Below, in pieces: positions 48,401 through 57,894 of a stretch of 64,000 bases of DNA (positions are counted from its first letter, which is position 1; every line of letters starts with the position of its first letter). A model generated the notes under the pieces. That model searched no databases and had not been told where the DNA came from. It saw nothing but the letters and a program-made list of their open reading frames with translations. The translations under genes and the position numbers were made by a program. This DNA comes from an uncultured Haloferula sp. (GTDB lineage Bacteria > Verrucomicrobiota > Verrucomicrobiia > Verrucomicrobiales > Akkermansiaceae), in contig CBFGTS010000005.1 in assembly GCA_965652295.1 (NCBI GenBank), forward strand, positions 96,001 to 160,000. The letters run 5' to 3'.

Positions 48401-51400
48401 TGCCGCCATTCTTGATCGCGAAACGCATGCCGCTGCCGGACTCGGGCGTGAGGAACAGGTATTGGTTGGTGCCGTTGCCAAAATCGAAGATGCGTTGCCA
48501 TGAGCCGCCGCCATCCCAGTAAACCCAGGTGGCGATCGTGAGGTCGGTGTAGTCGGCGGCTCCGGCCGGCAGGGTCACGAGATCATCGACGCCATCAAGG
48601 ATGATGGCTTGGCCGGCATACCCGGGCGCATAGGCGGGCGATCCTGTCGTGACGCCATGAGAGCCGCTCGAAGCGTCATCGCTATTGTCTTCGAAGCGGA
48701 AGTGGGCCCGGAGGAGCGCGGATGGCAGCACCTGGACTTGAAAGATCACATCGCTGGAGGCACCCGCGAGATCGGTCGTCCGGAGCGTGAATTCATTCAA
48801 GCCCACGTCACCGCTGCCGGGGCTGCCGGAAAGCGTGCCATCGGCAGACACCTGGAGCCATGCCGGGCCGGAGTGCTTGCCGATCGTGAAGCTGTCGCCG
48901 AGGTCCGCGTCCGAGACATTCCCGGCAACCGAAAAGCTGTAGGATTCATCCTGGGTCACGAAGCCGCCGTCGATGGGATCGCTGTCCCACTCGGGAGCGC
49001 CGTTGAGATTGGCGACGGTGACGTGCAGATTCACATCGTCGCTCGCGCCGGACGAGTCCGTAACGCGGACGACGAAGATATTTTCACCCACGTCGGCATT
49101 CGCGGGCGTGCCGGACAGAGCGCCGTTGGCGGCGACGACGAGCCAGGCGGGGCCAGCGACCTTGCTGTAGATGAGCCCGCCGCCGTCCGGATCGGTCGCG
49201 CGGGTGACCAGCGTTTCCGCCGGGGACGAGTAGTTCGTCCCTTCCTCGGCGTCCGAAAGAATCAGCGGCCGCGACTGGAACACGGGCGGCTGATTCGCCG
49301 ATTGGCCCCACAGCGCGTGAACTTCGCTGCCGGATAGCGCGTGATTGTAGATCCGGAAGTCGTCGATCATGCCGCTGAAATAGGCGTCGTCGTTCCACAT
49401 GCTGCGGCCGAGATAGCAGAATGGCTGGGCGAAGAGCGGGCGGGCTCCGGGGAGGGTCGTGGAGTTCGACGGGGAGCCGTTGAGATAGAGCGTGGCCGCG
49501 TCGCCCTGAAGCGTGACCGCCAGATGGACCCACTGTCCGACGGGCATCGCCGGGCCGTCGAGGGTGAGCGTCCCATCGGTGGCGCGGGAAGTGGTCATCT
49601 GGAAGCGGATGGCGCCATTCGATGCCTTCGGCGTGAGCATCATGTATTTGTCGATGTCGCTGCCGAAGTCGAAGACGCGCTGCCAATTCGCGCCGCCGTT
49701 CCAGCGGACCCACGTCGCGATGGTGATGTCTTCGAAATTCCCCGAGCCTACGGGGAGCTGAACGTATGGGCCGGAGCCATTGAGGGAAATCGCCTGACCA
49801 CCGCCGAAGCCGGAGGCGTAGGCCGGCATGGTCGGTCCCTTGGGTTCGGCGTGACGACCGTTCTCGGTCTCGTTGGCATTTCCATCGAACGGATAGCGGG
49901 CGACGAGCCGCTCGCGGACCTCCAACGGATCGCTGTCGAGATCGCCCGACGGGGTCGTGGCGGTGACGAGATAATAGTAGGTCACGCCGTCCGCGACCGT
50001 GCTGTCGGTGAAATTCAGGCCCGACCCGGTGACGGTGCCGAGGGTGGTGTAGGGGCCGGCCTCGCTGGCGGCGCGTTTTACGAGGTAAGCGGTGGCGGTC
50101 GCGGTGCCCCACCAGTTGAGGATGACGCGGTCCTTGCTGCGGTGGGCGACGAGCCCGCTCGGCGCGGCGCCGGTCGCGATCGGATCGCGGGCATAGGTGA
50201 GGCTGCCGAGGCCGAGCCAGTCGACCTGCGACGGGTGAAAGGCCGTATTCGGTCGCGGCTCGGGCCGGGTGACGTCCACCGCCAGCTTGCTCCACGGAGC
50301 GGCGATGCCTTTGACGTTGGCGTAGTGGTTGTGGACCAGCTCGTATTGATAGTATCCACCGAGCCCGCGGCCGTGGCCGGAGAGGGTCTCGGTGTAGGTC
50401 AGGGTGGTATTGCGGTGGGGGACCCAGGGAACGTCGTTGAAGAGGTTGTATTTGGCGTTGTATTCGAAGGCGCGCAGCGCGCGGTTGTTGTCCCAACCGA
50501 ACAGGTCGTCGCCTTGATTCCAGCCCATCTGGCAGAGCAGGGCCATGGCGTGCCAGCCGCCGAGGTTGTGAGCTTGGTCGCGACCGCTTTCCTCGGTCTG
50601 GGAGGTGCCGTCGGGGAAGAGATACCACGCTGCGCGATCGACCCGGCCGTTGCCGTTGCCGTACTTGAAATGATCAACGGCCTGTTCGTAAACGGCGCGG
50701 TTGTCGCAGAGAATGCCGATGGCGGCGACCGAGGCCATGTTGGCCGTATCCCAGTTGAGGCGGTAGTGGGTGTTGCCGCCTTTGGTGAAGGGAGTGTCGT
50801 GGTGGCGCCAGAGGAAGTCGAGATTTCGCGGGTAGAAGACCCGCATCATCATGTCCTTGTAGGCCTGCTTTTCCGCCTCCGGCCAGCCGGAGTAGGTGCT
50901 GAGGAGTTCGCCACCGCTGGCGAAAAGGTAGCCGCAGATGCCGGCGGCCAGGGATGCGTTGGTATCGCCCTGGATGCCGATGAGGTCCGACCAGGTATTG
51001 GCGATGTGCACCGCGTGGTCGGCGTAGGCGGTGTCGCCTGTGAGGTGCCAGCGCAGCGCCAACTCATAAATCGCCTGCGCGTCCTGCTGGGAGCGGGTGT
51101 AGTTGTTGCCGCTGCCGCCTCGGACGATGTAATCGATGTTGTAGGCGGGCCACCAGGTCTGGGCCCACGGACTGTCGGCGAGGATGTCGAAGCTGGATTT
51201 CCACGGTTCCTCGCTGGCATCGACCTTCGCCTTCATGCGGTCGAGATCGGCCTGGGTGTGGAGGGTTCCAGGGTGGGCGAAGACCGGAGGCGGCGAAGCG
51301 AGGGCCGTCATGTCCGCCTGGAACACATGGTCGCCGGCAACTGGCGTGATGGTGTCGCCCGAATAGTGATAGGCGGTGCCGTCGGCGTAGGGATCGGTGC

Positions 51401-52070
51401 GGGTGCCGAGCCACTCGAAATGGTTGCTGCTGCCATTGCCGATGGCGATTTCGAAGCCGTAGGTCGTGTTCGGCTTGAGGTGAGTCGTGAACGGGAGCTC
51501 GAAGGTGATGTGGTCGCCCGACCCATTGACACTGGTGCCGGAACCGGGAGTTCCGGTGCTTCCGGCCTTGAACAACTGCCGGGAGATCATGGTGCGGGTG
51601 GTGCCGCTGATCTCGACGATGCTTAGGAGGATGGGGCCGGTGTGCTCGTTCAGATTCCAGGAAGTGACGTTCGAACCGGAAGCCGTATTGTTGGTATAGC
51701 CCGCCATCCGCGCGGTGACGGAGTGGAGTTCATAGCCGTTCGGGGCACTGCCGGTCAGGAAACTCTGCCCCTGCACCGGCCGGTTGTTCGCCACATAGGT
51801 GAAGTCGTCGTTGGCCGCGCCGTTGTCGGAGCCGCCGTCGGCATTGACGCCGGAGCCGCCGATGTTGTCGGCGTCAAATGCCGCACCGGTCCAGTTCGCG
51901 ACGCTCGCCGCCCCGCCGGACGGCTGGGCGGGCGAGTAGGTGACAGTGGAGCTGAAACTCAACGGATGGGCAGAGGCCGTAGCGGCCATCCACACCGCGA
52001 TCCCCGGGACGACGAGACGCCGAGGGAGAACGGCCGATCTCGCGCAAGCGGGGCCACGGAGGGTCATCAT
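45486..52070 (-). CDS. Giant secreted alginate-lyase-fold protein, paralogue of 25676-32782, with a different C-terminal half (2 extra LamG-like domains, FN3s, C-terminal 'FYR' domain)
   Basis: Near-identical N-terminal and lyase domains (FAHPGTLHT, ESGRDQAH); LamG, cadherin-like and FN3 modules; two GNGNHLS.W...WTIEA...GRGL domains; ends PRGFYRIRISP. Confidence 0.9.
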   Translation of the reverse strand: MMTLRGPACARSAVLPRRLVVPGIAVWMAATASAHPLSFSSTVTYSPAQPSGGAASVANWTGAAFDADNIGGSGVNADGGSDNGAANDDFTYVANNRPVQGQSFLTGSAPNGYELHSVTARMAGYTNNTASGSNVTSWNLNEHTGPILLSIVEISGTTRTMISRQLFKAGSTGTPGSGTSVNGSGDHITFELPFTTHLKPNTTYGFEIAIGNGSSNHFEWLGTRTDPYADGTAYHYSGDTITPVAGDHVFQADMTALASPPPVFAHPGTLHTQADLDRMKAKVDASEEPWKSSFDILADSPWAQTWWPAYNIDYIVRGGSGNNYTRSQQDAQAIYELALRWHLTGDTAYADHAVHIANTWSDLIGIQGDTNASLAAGICGYLFASGGELLSTYSGWPEAEKQAYKDMMMRVFYPRNLDFLWRHHDTPFTKGGNTHYRLNWDTANMASVAAIGILCDNRAVYEQAVDHFKYGNGNGRVDRAAWYLFPDGTSQTEESGRDQAHNLGGWHAMALLCQMGWNQGDDLFGWDNNRALRAFEYNAKYNLFNDVPWVPHRNTTLTYTETLSGHGRGLGGYYQYELVHNHYANVKGIAAPWSKLAVDVTRPEPRPNTAFHPSQVDWLGLGSLTYARDPIATGAAPSGLVAHRSKDRVILNWWGTATATAYLVKRAASEAGPYTTLGTVTGSGLNFTDSTVADGVTYYYLVTATTPSGDLDSDPLEVRERLVARYPFDGNANETENGRHAEPKGPTMPAYASGFGGGQAISLNGSGPYVQLPVGSGNFEDITIATWVRWNGGANWQRVFDFGSDIDKYMMLTPKASNGAIRFQMTTSRATDGTLTLDGPAMPVGQWVHLAVTLQGDAATLYLNGSPSNSTTLPGARPLFAQPFCYLGRSMWNDDAYFSGMIDDFRIYNHALSGSEVHALWGQSANQPPVFQSRPLILSDAEEGTNYSSPAETLVTRATDPDGGGLIYSKVAGPAWLVVAANGALSGTPANADVGENIFVVRVTDSSGASDDVNLHVTVANLNGAPEWDSDPIDGGFVTQDESYSFSVAGNVSDADLGDSFTIGKHSGPAWLQVSADGTLSGSPGSGDVGLNEFTLRTTDLAGASSDVIFQVQVLPSALLRAHFRFEDNSDDASSGSHGVTTGSPAYAPGYAGQAIILDGVDDLVTLPAGAADYTDLTIATWVYWDGGGSWQRIFDFGNGTNQYLFLTPESGSGMRFAIKNGGSEQFVRTTRLPTQQWVHVAVTLAGDTATLFVNGFPMASNTKVTINPSDFAPTFNYIGDSQWASDPLFAGMIDDFRIFNYALETAEIASLAGVATSPYGTVAHWDFQEGTANAPVPGPATDGTYIGSISDVSGNGNHLSPWSGNTFLYRAAVPAATTPQTGAANTLSIQNNVSAPSSTTVGTPVNGWSPARWTIEATIRPNATSGNQTFVGRDSNNYAGTGPRSTLYLQTVGSALAVKFHDVAGNYWNITTASGTVVANQWQAVAATSDGSTLSLFRKNLTTGEANYTLLGSLDISSSVHPALAIGSGDGSDWNAGEFSVGRGLYNGAQTDRFLGFLDNIRLSDVALGPDEFLHSTPPALPEAPASVSATAFSAGKVILTWAPAAGATHYAVKRAETSGGPYVSIATSMTGTKYSDDGVSPGGTYHYMIVAENSGGTTDSAEATIMTPPEAPAGLMATPASLSAIDLTWTAAAGAGSYVVKRADVSGGPYTIVASDLNTTSYRDDGLDSGRVYHYLVSAVNAAGEADSQEASSATRGPVAYWTFEEGEPDTHVSYSPGSAGQYDGSVIDRSGNGNHLSAWAADWMWYRANTPDLTTPQTGLPNALSVQAANNYPAMSAIGTALTSWSPAEWTIEAAIRPDALSGNRTFVGRDSRNYAGTGNGSVLYFQTRGSSLAIQYTDVAGNIREVVSASGTITADQWHAVAAASDGNTLSLYHRNLSSGDATYTLLGTADLSSSSDPALAIGAGDGSDWDAGVISVGRGLWDGAHADRFFGFIDNVRLSDTALGPDQLLYSTPPLVSPGLVATTVSESRVDLTWAAVDGASRYTVGRSTQSGGPYTTISGDVTTTTFSDLGLDPTTTYYYVVRSGNAAGEGAESDEASATTAPAPITAAELAASRLMFDGSGTGSGQLHMTIGASVIGHVYQIEFSPDLTPGSWQPFGDPLTGTGGSLEKSDPLPEDPPRGFYRIRISP
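49300..51960. repeat. Right copy of the long inverted homology
   Basis: Reverse complement aligns with the 5' part of the 25676 lyase; no indel between the two perfect tracts (coordinate sum 77812 for both). Confidence 0.9.
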
Positions 52071-52264
52071 GGGTTTTGGAAAAAAGGTCGAACCGGGGAA
52101 CTCGAACCCGGCTTGGGTCCGGGAGTTTTACCGCGATTTTCGTAGCCTACCGATTGGAATCCAGAGGGAAAGAAACGACCCTGATGAATTTGCTCAACTT
52201 GGAAACCCGCCAAGGCAGGGCTCACTTCAGGCCTTGGCAAATCCACGGCGATCGGTCGGCGCGA

Positions 52265-53119
52265 TCAACGCGCATCGCCGGGTTCCACAAAGCGGGCGAT
52301 CTCGGCCGGCAGATCCTTGACCCGGTATTGATGGACGCGCCGCTCCACCATGGGGCTCGCGCTCGGGTGGGTGCCGGCGGGAGGCCGCAGACTTTCCCGG
52401 ATGGAGAGCGTCTGGTCGGGAAGGCGCGTGACTTCGAGGATCCGCTCGAAGCGGCCGAAGCCGCCGAATTCCCAATCGAGGGTTTCACCGGAGAATCTCA
52501 TCAAAAGATCCGCTGTCTGTGGACCAAGGAGAGTGTGGAGATCCTGCGAAATCCTCTCCCTCGCCTCGGAGGAAGAGGGCGCGATGGTGACCGCCGCGCC
52601 CTGCTCGGTGGCTTCGATCCGGACCGGATTCAGCCAACTGGACTGCATCGACTCCTCGTGTGCTTGCGCGAAAACATCCCGCACGGCCTCGGCCGTGCCG
52701 TCATCGATTCCTAGAAGATCGCAGACCTCGCGGGCGAGTTCGAACCGGTCTCCGGCTTGCTGCCACGGATTCCCCCGGCGGAGCCCGAAGGCGGAGACAG
52801 GAACACGCGCCAAGCTCTCCGCCGGGACCCGCAGGGTGGACGGCACCTCTGCCGCCTGAGTTTCCAGCGCCGGCGCATCGCGCATCCGGCGCGGGACGGT
52901 GTTGCGGGTGGGCGCCGTCTGCGAGCCGGTGAATCCTCGATCGGAGACACCCCTTTCGTGAACGGAAACGCCCGGCTCTGAGACCGACTGGATCGTCTCC
53001 GACTCAGTCGGCCCGAAGAGCCGGGCACCGGCGACAAGACCCAATGCCATGCCGAGCACCAGCATCGCCAGCATCCGGACTGCGTTGGATCTCATCGCGG
53101 TTTTCATGGTTTCTATCAA
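52265..53119 (-). CDS. Membrane-anchored hypothetical protein
   Basis: N-terminal basic + hydrophobic segment, low-complexity linker, ~190-aa globular region; 28 nt downstream of the third lyase. Confidence 0.65.
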   Translation of the reverse strand: MIETMKTAMRSNAVRMLAMLVLGMALGLVAGARLFGPTESETIQSVSEPGVSVHERGVSDRGFTGSQTAPTRNTVPRRMRDAPALETQAAEVPSTLRVPAESLARVPVSAFGLRRGNPWQQAGDRFELAREVCDLLGIDDGTAEAVRDVFAQAHEESMQSSWLNPVRIEATEQGAAVTIAPSSSEARERISQDLHTLLGPQTADLLMRFSGETLDWEFGGFGRFERILEVTRLPDQTLSIRESLRPPAGTHPSASPMVERRVHQYRVKDLPAEIARFVEPGDAR

Positions 53120-53147
53120 TGGTTGCCAGTGGCCCGGGCAATGCGAC

Positions 53148-56100
53148 TCACGGCGCTACCGTGATTTGATCCACATTGCCCCAGTCGTTGCCATTGCTCG
53201 CGATGCGGATGGTGTTGCTGCTGCCGCTGTTGAGCGTGATGCCGACGTTGAGGGTGTTCCACGAGGACCACGAGCCGGTCGGCGTCGCCGTGATGCTCTG
53301 CGACACGCCGTTCACGGTCAGCTGACCCGCGCGGCTTTGGGTCGCCCCCAGCGCATAGCGGATATTGAGGATCACCATCCCCCCGGAGGAACCGCCATCG
53401 ATACCGCTGAACTCGACGTAGCCGCCGCTGGCGGGCATATTGATGAAGCCGGAGCCGTTGAAGCCAGCCTGGTTGCTTTCGACGATGGCGCCGGCACCGT
53501 AACTGGCACTCTCCGCTTGGATGGTCTGCGGATTGATGGCGGTGTAGGTGACATTCAGGGTATTCGAAGCGAGATTCCCGTTGGCCGCGGCGTCCTGCGC
53601 GCTAGCGCCGGGCAAGGTCACCGAGACGGTGCCGTCCGTAGCCGGGCTGACGTTGAGCGTGTAGTCGGCTCCCGATCCACTGAGGGTTTCAGCGGATCCG
53701 TTCACCACGACGAAGTCCGCCAGATCGAGACCCGACACGGACTCGCTGAAGCCGACGGTGACGTCAAACGGTCCGGTCACGCTGCCGCTTGAGGTGGTCA
53801 GGTTGACCGTCGGTGAAATGGCGTCCGGCACGTTGCTGTTGAAAGCCAGGGTCACGTAGGCGTTGCGCTGGATCAGGTTGCCATACTCGTTGGTGCTGGT
53901 TCCGGCCTCGGGCAGGTCCCCGTAGGTGTGGAGATGACCACTGGAGCCGATGAGAACCGGCGCGAGCAGCGTCTGGTCGGCGTCGCCCGACACGAAGGAC
54001 GGCGGTGGGTTCGAGGCGTCCCAGCCGTTGTTGGTCACCGCGCCGAGGACGTAGCCGCCATCGGTCGTGGTGGTGGTGGCCAGCGAGATCGTGCCGCCGG
54101 TGGAGGTATTCGCGACTGCGTCAACGTCCGCCACACCGCTTACATTCGCGAGCGAAATGGCACTGTAGGCGAAGGAGGCGGAGCTTCCGGTGGTGGTAAT
54201 CACAACCGCACCGCTCGTCGTGCCCGGGTCGATCAGATGAAACACACCCGCCCACTGAACCCCCTGGCTCGTGGAGACGCCCAAGGTCATCGGCTGCCCC
54301 GCAAACGTCGCGCTGATGGTGTCGCCGCTGCCCGATCTCTCTGCCGTGACAAGCACCGCCACCGCATTGCCGCCGGCCATGTCGAAGCTCGGCGATGTCG
54401 CGAGCGTCGGACCCGCTTGGTTGGGAAACGTGGCTCCAAGAAGGCTGGCCTTCACCGAGACTTCAGCTGTGGGTGTCGCACTCGCTTCCACCGAGCTGGC
54501 CGATTCGTTGGACGAGGTGTCGCTGGCGGTTACGACGTAATAGTAGGTTGTGCCGTTGGTGGCGCTGTTGTCGGCATAGACACTGGAGGTCAGACCGGAC
54601 GCGATGACACTGTAACCGCTGCCGCTCGTGGTCGAGCGATAGACCGTGTAGCTCGCCAGGTCGGGCTCGGTAATGTCATTCCAATCCAAGCCGATGCTGC
54701 CGTTTCCGGCTGTGGCGGAAAGACCGCCCGGAGCTCCCGGAGCCGTGGTGTCGGCCGACTGACTTTCCACCGGCCCGTTGCCGCTCGGCGCGGCCAAGCT
54801 GTCCAACTGGACCACGAACTTGTCCAAACGCGCGCCGTTCTCCCGGTACGAGACTTCCAGTAAATGATCGCCGGCGCTGAGGCTGTCGAGCTGGAACGTG
54901 TCCGTGGAGAACCACCCCCCATAACGGTTGTTCTCCAGACTCCAGCTACCGCCGTCGATGCGCCAGAAGAACGAATCGTCGACAGCGTTGTTCGACAACA
55001 TCCGGAACCAGAACCGGTGGTTGCCGGCGCTGGAGATCCTGAGCCCGTAGCTCGTGAGATATTCGCCGGTCGTGCCCTCGGGAGCGCTGCCACCCCAATC
55101 GTACGCCGGATCCACCTCAAGGTAAGCGCCGTTGGAGGCACCGCTGTCCGTGCCGGCAAGCCAGCGGCTGCCGAGCAGGCCGTTCTCCGCTTCCATCGAA
55201 ACCACTCCGCCGCTCTCCTGGAACTTCGGAATCGTCGGCGTGGCCGCGGAGATTTGGCTGGAGGCCGACTCTCCGGCCGCGTTGATCGCCGTGACCACAT
55301 AGTGATACGTCGTGCTGTCCGCTAGGCTCTCGTCGCTGAAGGTCGTGCCCGTCTGGTTGTCCAGAATCACATACGGTCCGCCGCTCGTTTTGGCGCGCTT
55401 GACGTTGTAACTGTCCGCCCCGGCAACTGCGTTCCAGGACAGGTCGATCCGCGACGCTCCGGCGGAGGAGGCCGTCAGCCCCCCGGGTGCCGAAGGAACC
55501 GCCATCGTCGGTGCGGCGGTGCTGTTCTTCACGATCAGTTCGTCGATGTACACAAAGTTGTCCGAACCGTCGGATTCGATGCGGATCGTGTTGTTGGTTC
55601 CGCTGTTGAGCGTCAGGGTCACGAAGCGTTCGAACCAGTTGTCCCAGTCGCCCGTGCTGTCGGCGGTGATGCTTTGCGGGGTGCCGTTCACGGTGAGCAC
55701 GCCCGTGCGGGTCGCGCTGCCCAAGGCATAGCGGAGCCCCAATGTCACCGGGCCACCCGCGCCGCCGTCGATGCCCGTGAACTCGATCCAACCGTTGGTC
55801 ATCGGCACGACGTAGCCCGTTCCATGATGGCCGGTGGTCCAGTCATCGAACACCGCGCCGTCGCCATACGTCGCGTCTTCGGCTTGATAAGAGTCGCCGT
55901 CCGCGGCAATCGCGATGACGGATACCGCGTCGCTATCAGCGGTCTCGCCGCCGGGAGTGTTGGCGGAAACGACGTAGTGGTAGGTCGTGCCTGCCGTCAG
56001 ACCCGCATCGACATGGAACAGGTTCCGGGTGCCCACCGTGGCGATGGTGGTGAACGGCCCGCCGCCCGAGGTGCCCCGCTTGACATTGTAGCTCGTTGCT

Positions 56101-57497
56101 TTCGCCGAACCCCACCAGGAAAGCGTGACCTGCCAATCGTCCTGCGTCGTCCGCAGACCGCTGGGAGCGGAGCCCGAGGCGATCGGATCGCGGGCGTGCG
56201 TCAGTGTGGTGAAGCCCAGGCCGTCGAAGCCGCCGCTGTTCGGGCCATGGTTGAAACCTCCGCCTTCGGGACGGTTTGCCGCCGCGTAGTCCGCGGTGTA
56301 GGGTGCATCCATACCCATGCGGTTGACGTAGTGATGGTACACCAAATCCCAACCCGGACGCATAGTTCCCCGGCCCGTGGAAGAGATATTCCAATGAACT
56401 TCCCGCTGTTCGCTTCCCGGATGTCCGTGCGTCCGCACGAAGGGGGCAAAGGGAACCTCCTTCCACAGGTTGTATTTGGAGATGTATTCGACGCTCGCCA
56501 GAAACCGGTTGTTCTGGGCTCCATACAAGTCGAGTCCCTGGTTCCAGGCAATTTCGCAGATTACTCCCATCAACTGCGGCCCCATCGCCGAGTGCCCTTG
56601 ATCTCGACCGCTTTCCTGCCATTGCCCCAAGCCGTTGGGATGGACGTAGGGCACCGCGTTCATGATATTGGCGGTACCAGCGTCGTTGTGGAAGTAATCC
56701 ACGCCCGAGTCGAAAATCGTCTCGTCGTCGCAGAGCACGCCGATGGCCATGAACGACGCCACGTTCGCCAAGGTCCAGTTCGCCCAGTAGTGCCCGTCCA
56801 CGGTGCCATGGTGCCTGGTGAGGAAATCCTCGTTCCTGGGATAAAACACTCCGAGCATATAGCTTTTGAACGCGGTGAGATCCGCCGGTGTCCAGCCGCT
56901 GTAGTCGCGCATCAACTCGGCGGCGCAGGCGAACTGGTAGCCATAGAGGCCCGCCCGCAGGCTGACGTTCGTGTCGCCGGTCCATCCCGTGTGCGTGGCA
57001 GCCCAGGCGTTCATGATTTGGACCGATTTGTCGGCGGCCCAGGTACTGCCATCGCCGTGAAAGCGCAGGGCCAGCTGATAGGCCCGGGCGGCGTCGCGGG
57101 CCAGCCGGATGTAATTCTCCGGGAGCCCCCCGCCGGCGGTGATCGTCGCCACCGCTTCCGGGTTGTGGTTCGTCCAGCCGTTCGTATTGCTCACCAGCTT
57201 GTCCCAGCTGCCCGTCCATGGCTGGGCGCCCGTGGTCACCTTCGCCGCCATGCGGTCAAGGTCCGACTGGGTCGAGAGCGCGCCCGGGTGGACGAATTGG
57301 GCGTGAGCGGTGGCGACCACGGAAAGTGCGGCAACCGTGCGGCAGAAGCGCCCCGCCCATCCTCTTCTGCGCGGCGCCCCCCCCGGGTTTGCAGATGAGC
57401 TTTGGGTCAAACAAGTGGCGGGATGGAGAACGGGCGTCCTTCCGGGTCGGCGAAATGCCAGGCCGGAGGCCGCTCCCCGATCAAGGAGTGGTTTCAT
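53148..57497 (-). CDS. Secreted alginate-lyase-fold protein with FN3, two CBM6/CBM35-like modules and an Ig-like (Big) domain
   Basis: FVHPGAL.T..DL.RM, YWANW, GQWQESGRDQGHS, EYISKYN; YQAEDA/IQAESA...GGYVEF...W..W CBM-like modules; FSESVSGL...DF.V.NG Ig-like domain. Confidence 0.9.
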   Translation of the reverse strand: MKPLLDRGAASGLAFRRPGRTPVLHPATCLTQSSSANPGGAPRRRGWAGRFCRTVAALSVVATAHAQFVHPGALSTQSDLDRMAAKVTTGAQPWTGSWDKLVSNTNGWTNHNPEAVATITAGGGLPENYIRLARDAARAYQLALRFHGDGSTWAADKSVQIMNAWAATHTGWTGDTNVSLRAGLYGYQFACAAELMRDYSGWTPADLTAFKSYMLGVFYPRNEDFLTRHHGTVDGHYWANWTLANVASFMAIGVLCDDETIFDSGVDYFHNDAGTANIMNAVPYVHPNGLGQWQESGRDQGHSAMGPQLMGVICEIAWNQGLDLYGAQNNRFLASVEYISKYNLWKEVPFAPFVRTHGHPGSEQREVHWNISSTGRGTMRPGWDLVYHHYVNRMGMDAPYTADYAAANRPEGGGFNHGPNSGGFDGLGFTTLTHARDPIASGSAPSGLRTTQDDWQVTLSWWGSAKATSYNVKRGTSGGGPFTTIATVGTRNLFHVDAGLTAGTTYHYVVSANTPGGETADSDAVSVIAIAADGDSYQAEDATYGDGAVFDDWTTGHHGTGYVVPMTNGWIEFTGIDGGAGGPVTLGLRYALGSATRTGVLTVNGTPQSITADSTGDWDNWFERFVTLTLNSGTNNTIRIESDGSDNFVYIDELIVKNSTAAPTMAVPSAPGGLTASSAGASRIDLSWNAVAGADSYNVKRAKTSGGPYVILDNQTGTTFSDESLADSTTYHYVVTAINAAGESASSQISAATPTIPKFQESGGVVSMEAENGLLGSRWLAGTDSGASNGAYLEVDPAYDWGGSAPEGTTGEYLTSYGLRISSAGNHRFWFRMLSNNAVDDSFFWRIDGGSWSLENNRYGGWFSTDTFQLDSLSAGDHLLEVSYRENGARLDKFVVQLDSLAAPSGNGPVESQSADTTAPGAPGGLSATAGNGSIGLDWNDITEPDLASYTVYRSTTSGSGYSVIASGLTSSVYADNSATNGTTYYYVVTASDTSSNESASSVEASATPTAEVSVKASLLGATFPNQAGPTLATSPSFDMAGGNAVAVLVTAERSGSGDTISATFAGQPMTLGVSTSQGVQWAGVFHLIDPGTTSGAVVITTTGSSASFAYSAISLANVSGVADVDAVANTSTGGTISLATTTTTDGGYVLGAVTNNGWDASNPPPSFVSGDADQTLLAPVLIGSSGHLHTYGDLPEAGTSTNEYGNLIQRNAYVTLAFNSNVPDAISPTVNLTTSSGSVTGPFDVTVGFSESVSGLDLADFVVVNGSAETLSGSGADYTLNVSPATDGTVSVTLPGASAQDAAANGNLASNTLNVTYTAINPQTIQAESASYGAGAIVESNQAGFNGSGFINMPASGGYVEFSGIDGGSSGGMVILNIRYALGATQSRAGQLTVNGVSQSITATPTGSWSSWNTLNVGITLNSGSSNTIRIASNGNDWGNVDQITVAP

Positions 57498-57894
57498 GGT
57501 GTGGTCTTTTTTGTGTGGGTTTGCAGCGCCCCGGTTCGTCTCCGGAGAACGTCGAAGCGATCTGCCGAGTGCTTTCCGAGCCCTTCAGCATATAGCGAAG
57601 CCTTCCCAGAGCACCCAACCCGCCCGACAGTTTCCCTGTAAAATCTTCCGCCGACCGATCAGGCGGCTATCTCGCGGCCGACTCGACGTTCCGCCAGCGC
57701 GGGGGCGATGAGCCTTCAGGAGTCGCTTCGGCGCGCCCCACCACCGTGGTGGAGATGGCGCGACCGCTTTGCCGGTTAAAAAAGTATGTCGGGATCGTCA
57801 GGAGAATCCCGCCCTTTATCAAATAGGGAGGAAATCGCCCTCGTGGGCGGATTCCCCGGTTCAACAACACAAAAAACCTAACCTCGCACTCCCC

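Noticed and set aside
52093..52111. tRNA T-arm-like CCGGGTTCGAGTTCCCCGG on the minus strand upstream of lyase 2
   Set aside because: Loop length is wrong and I could not fold D, anticodon or acceptor arms; no integrase nearby.
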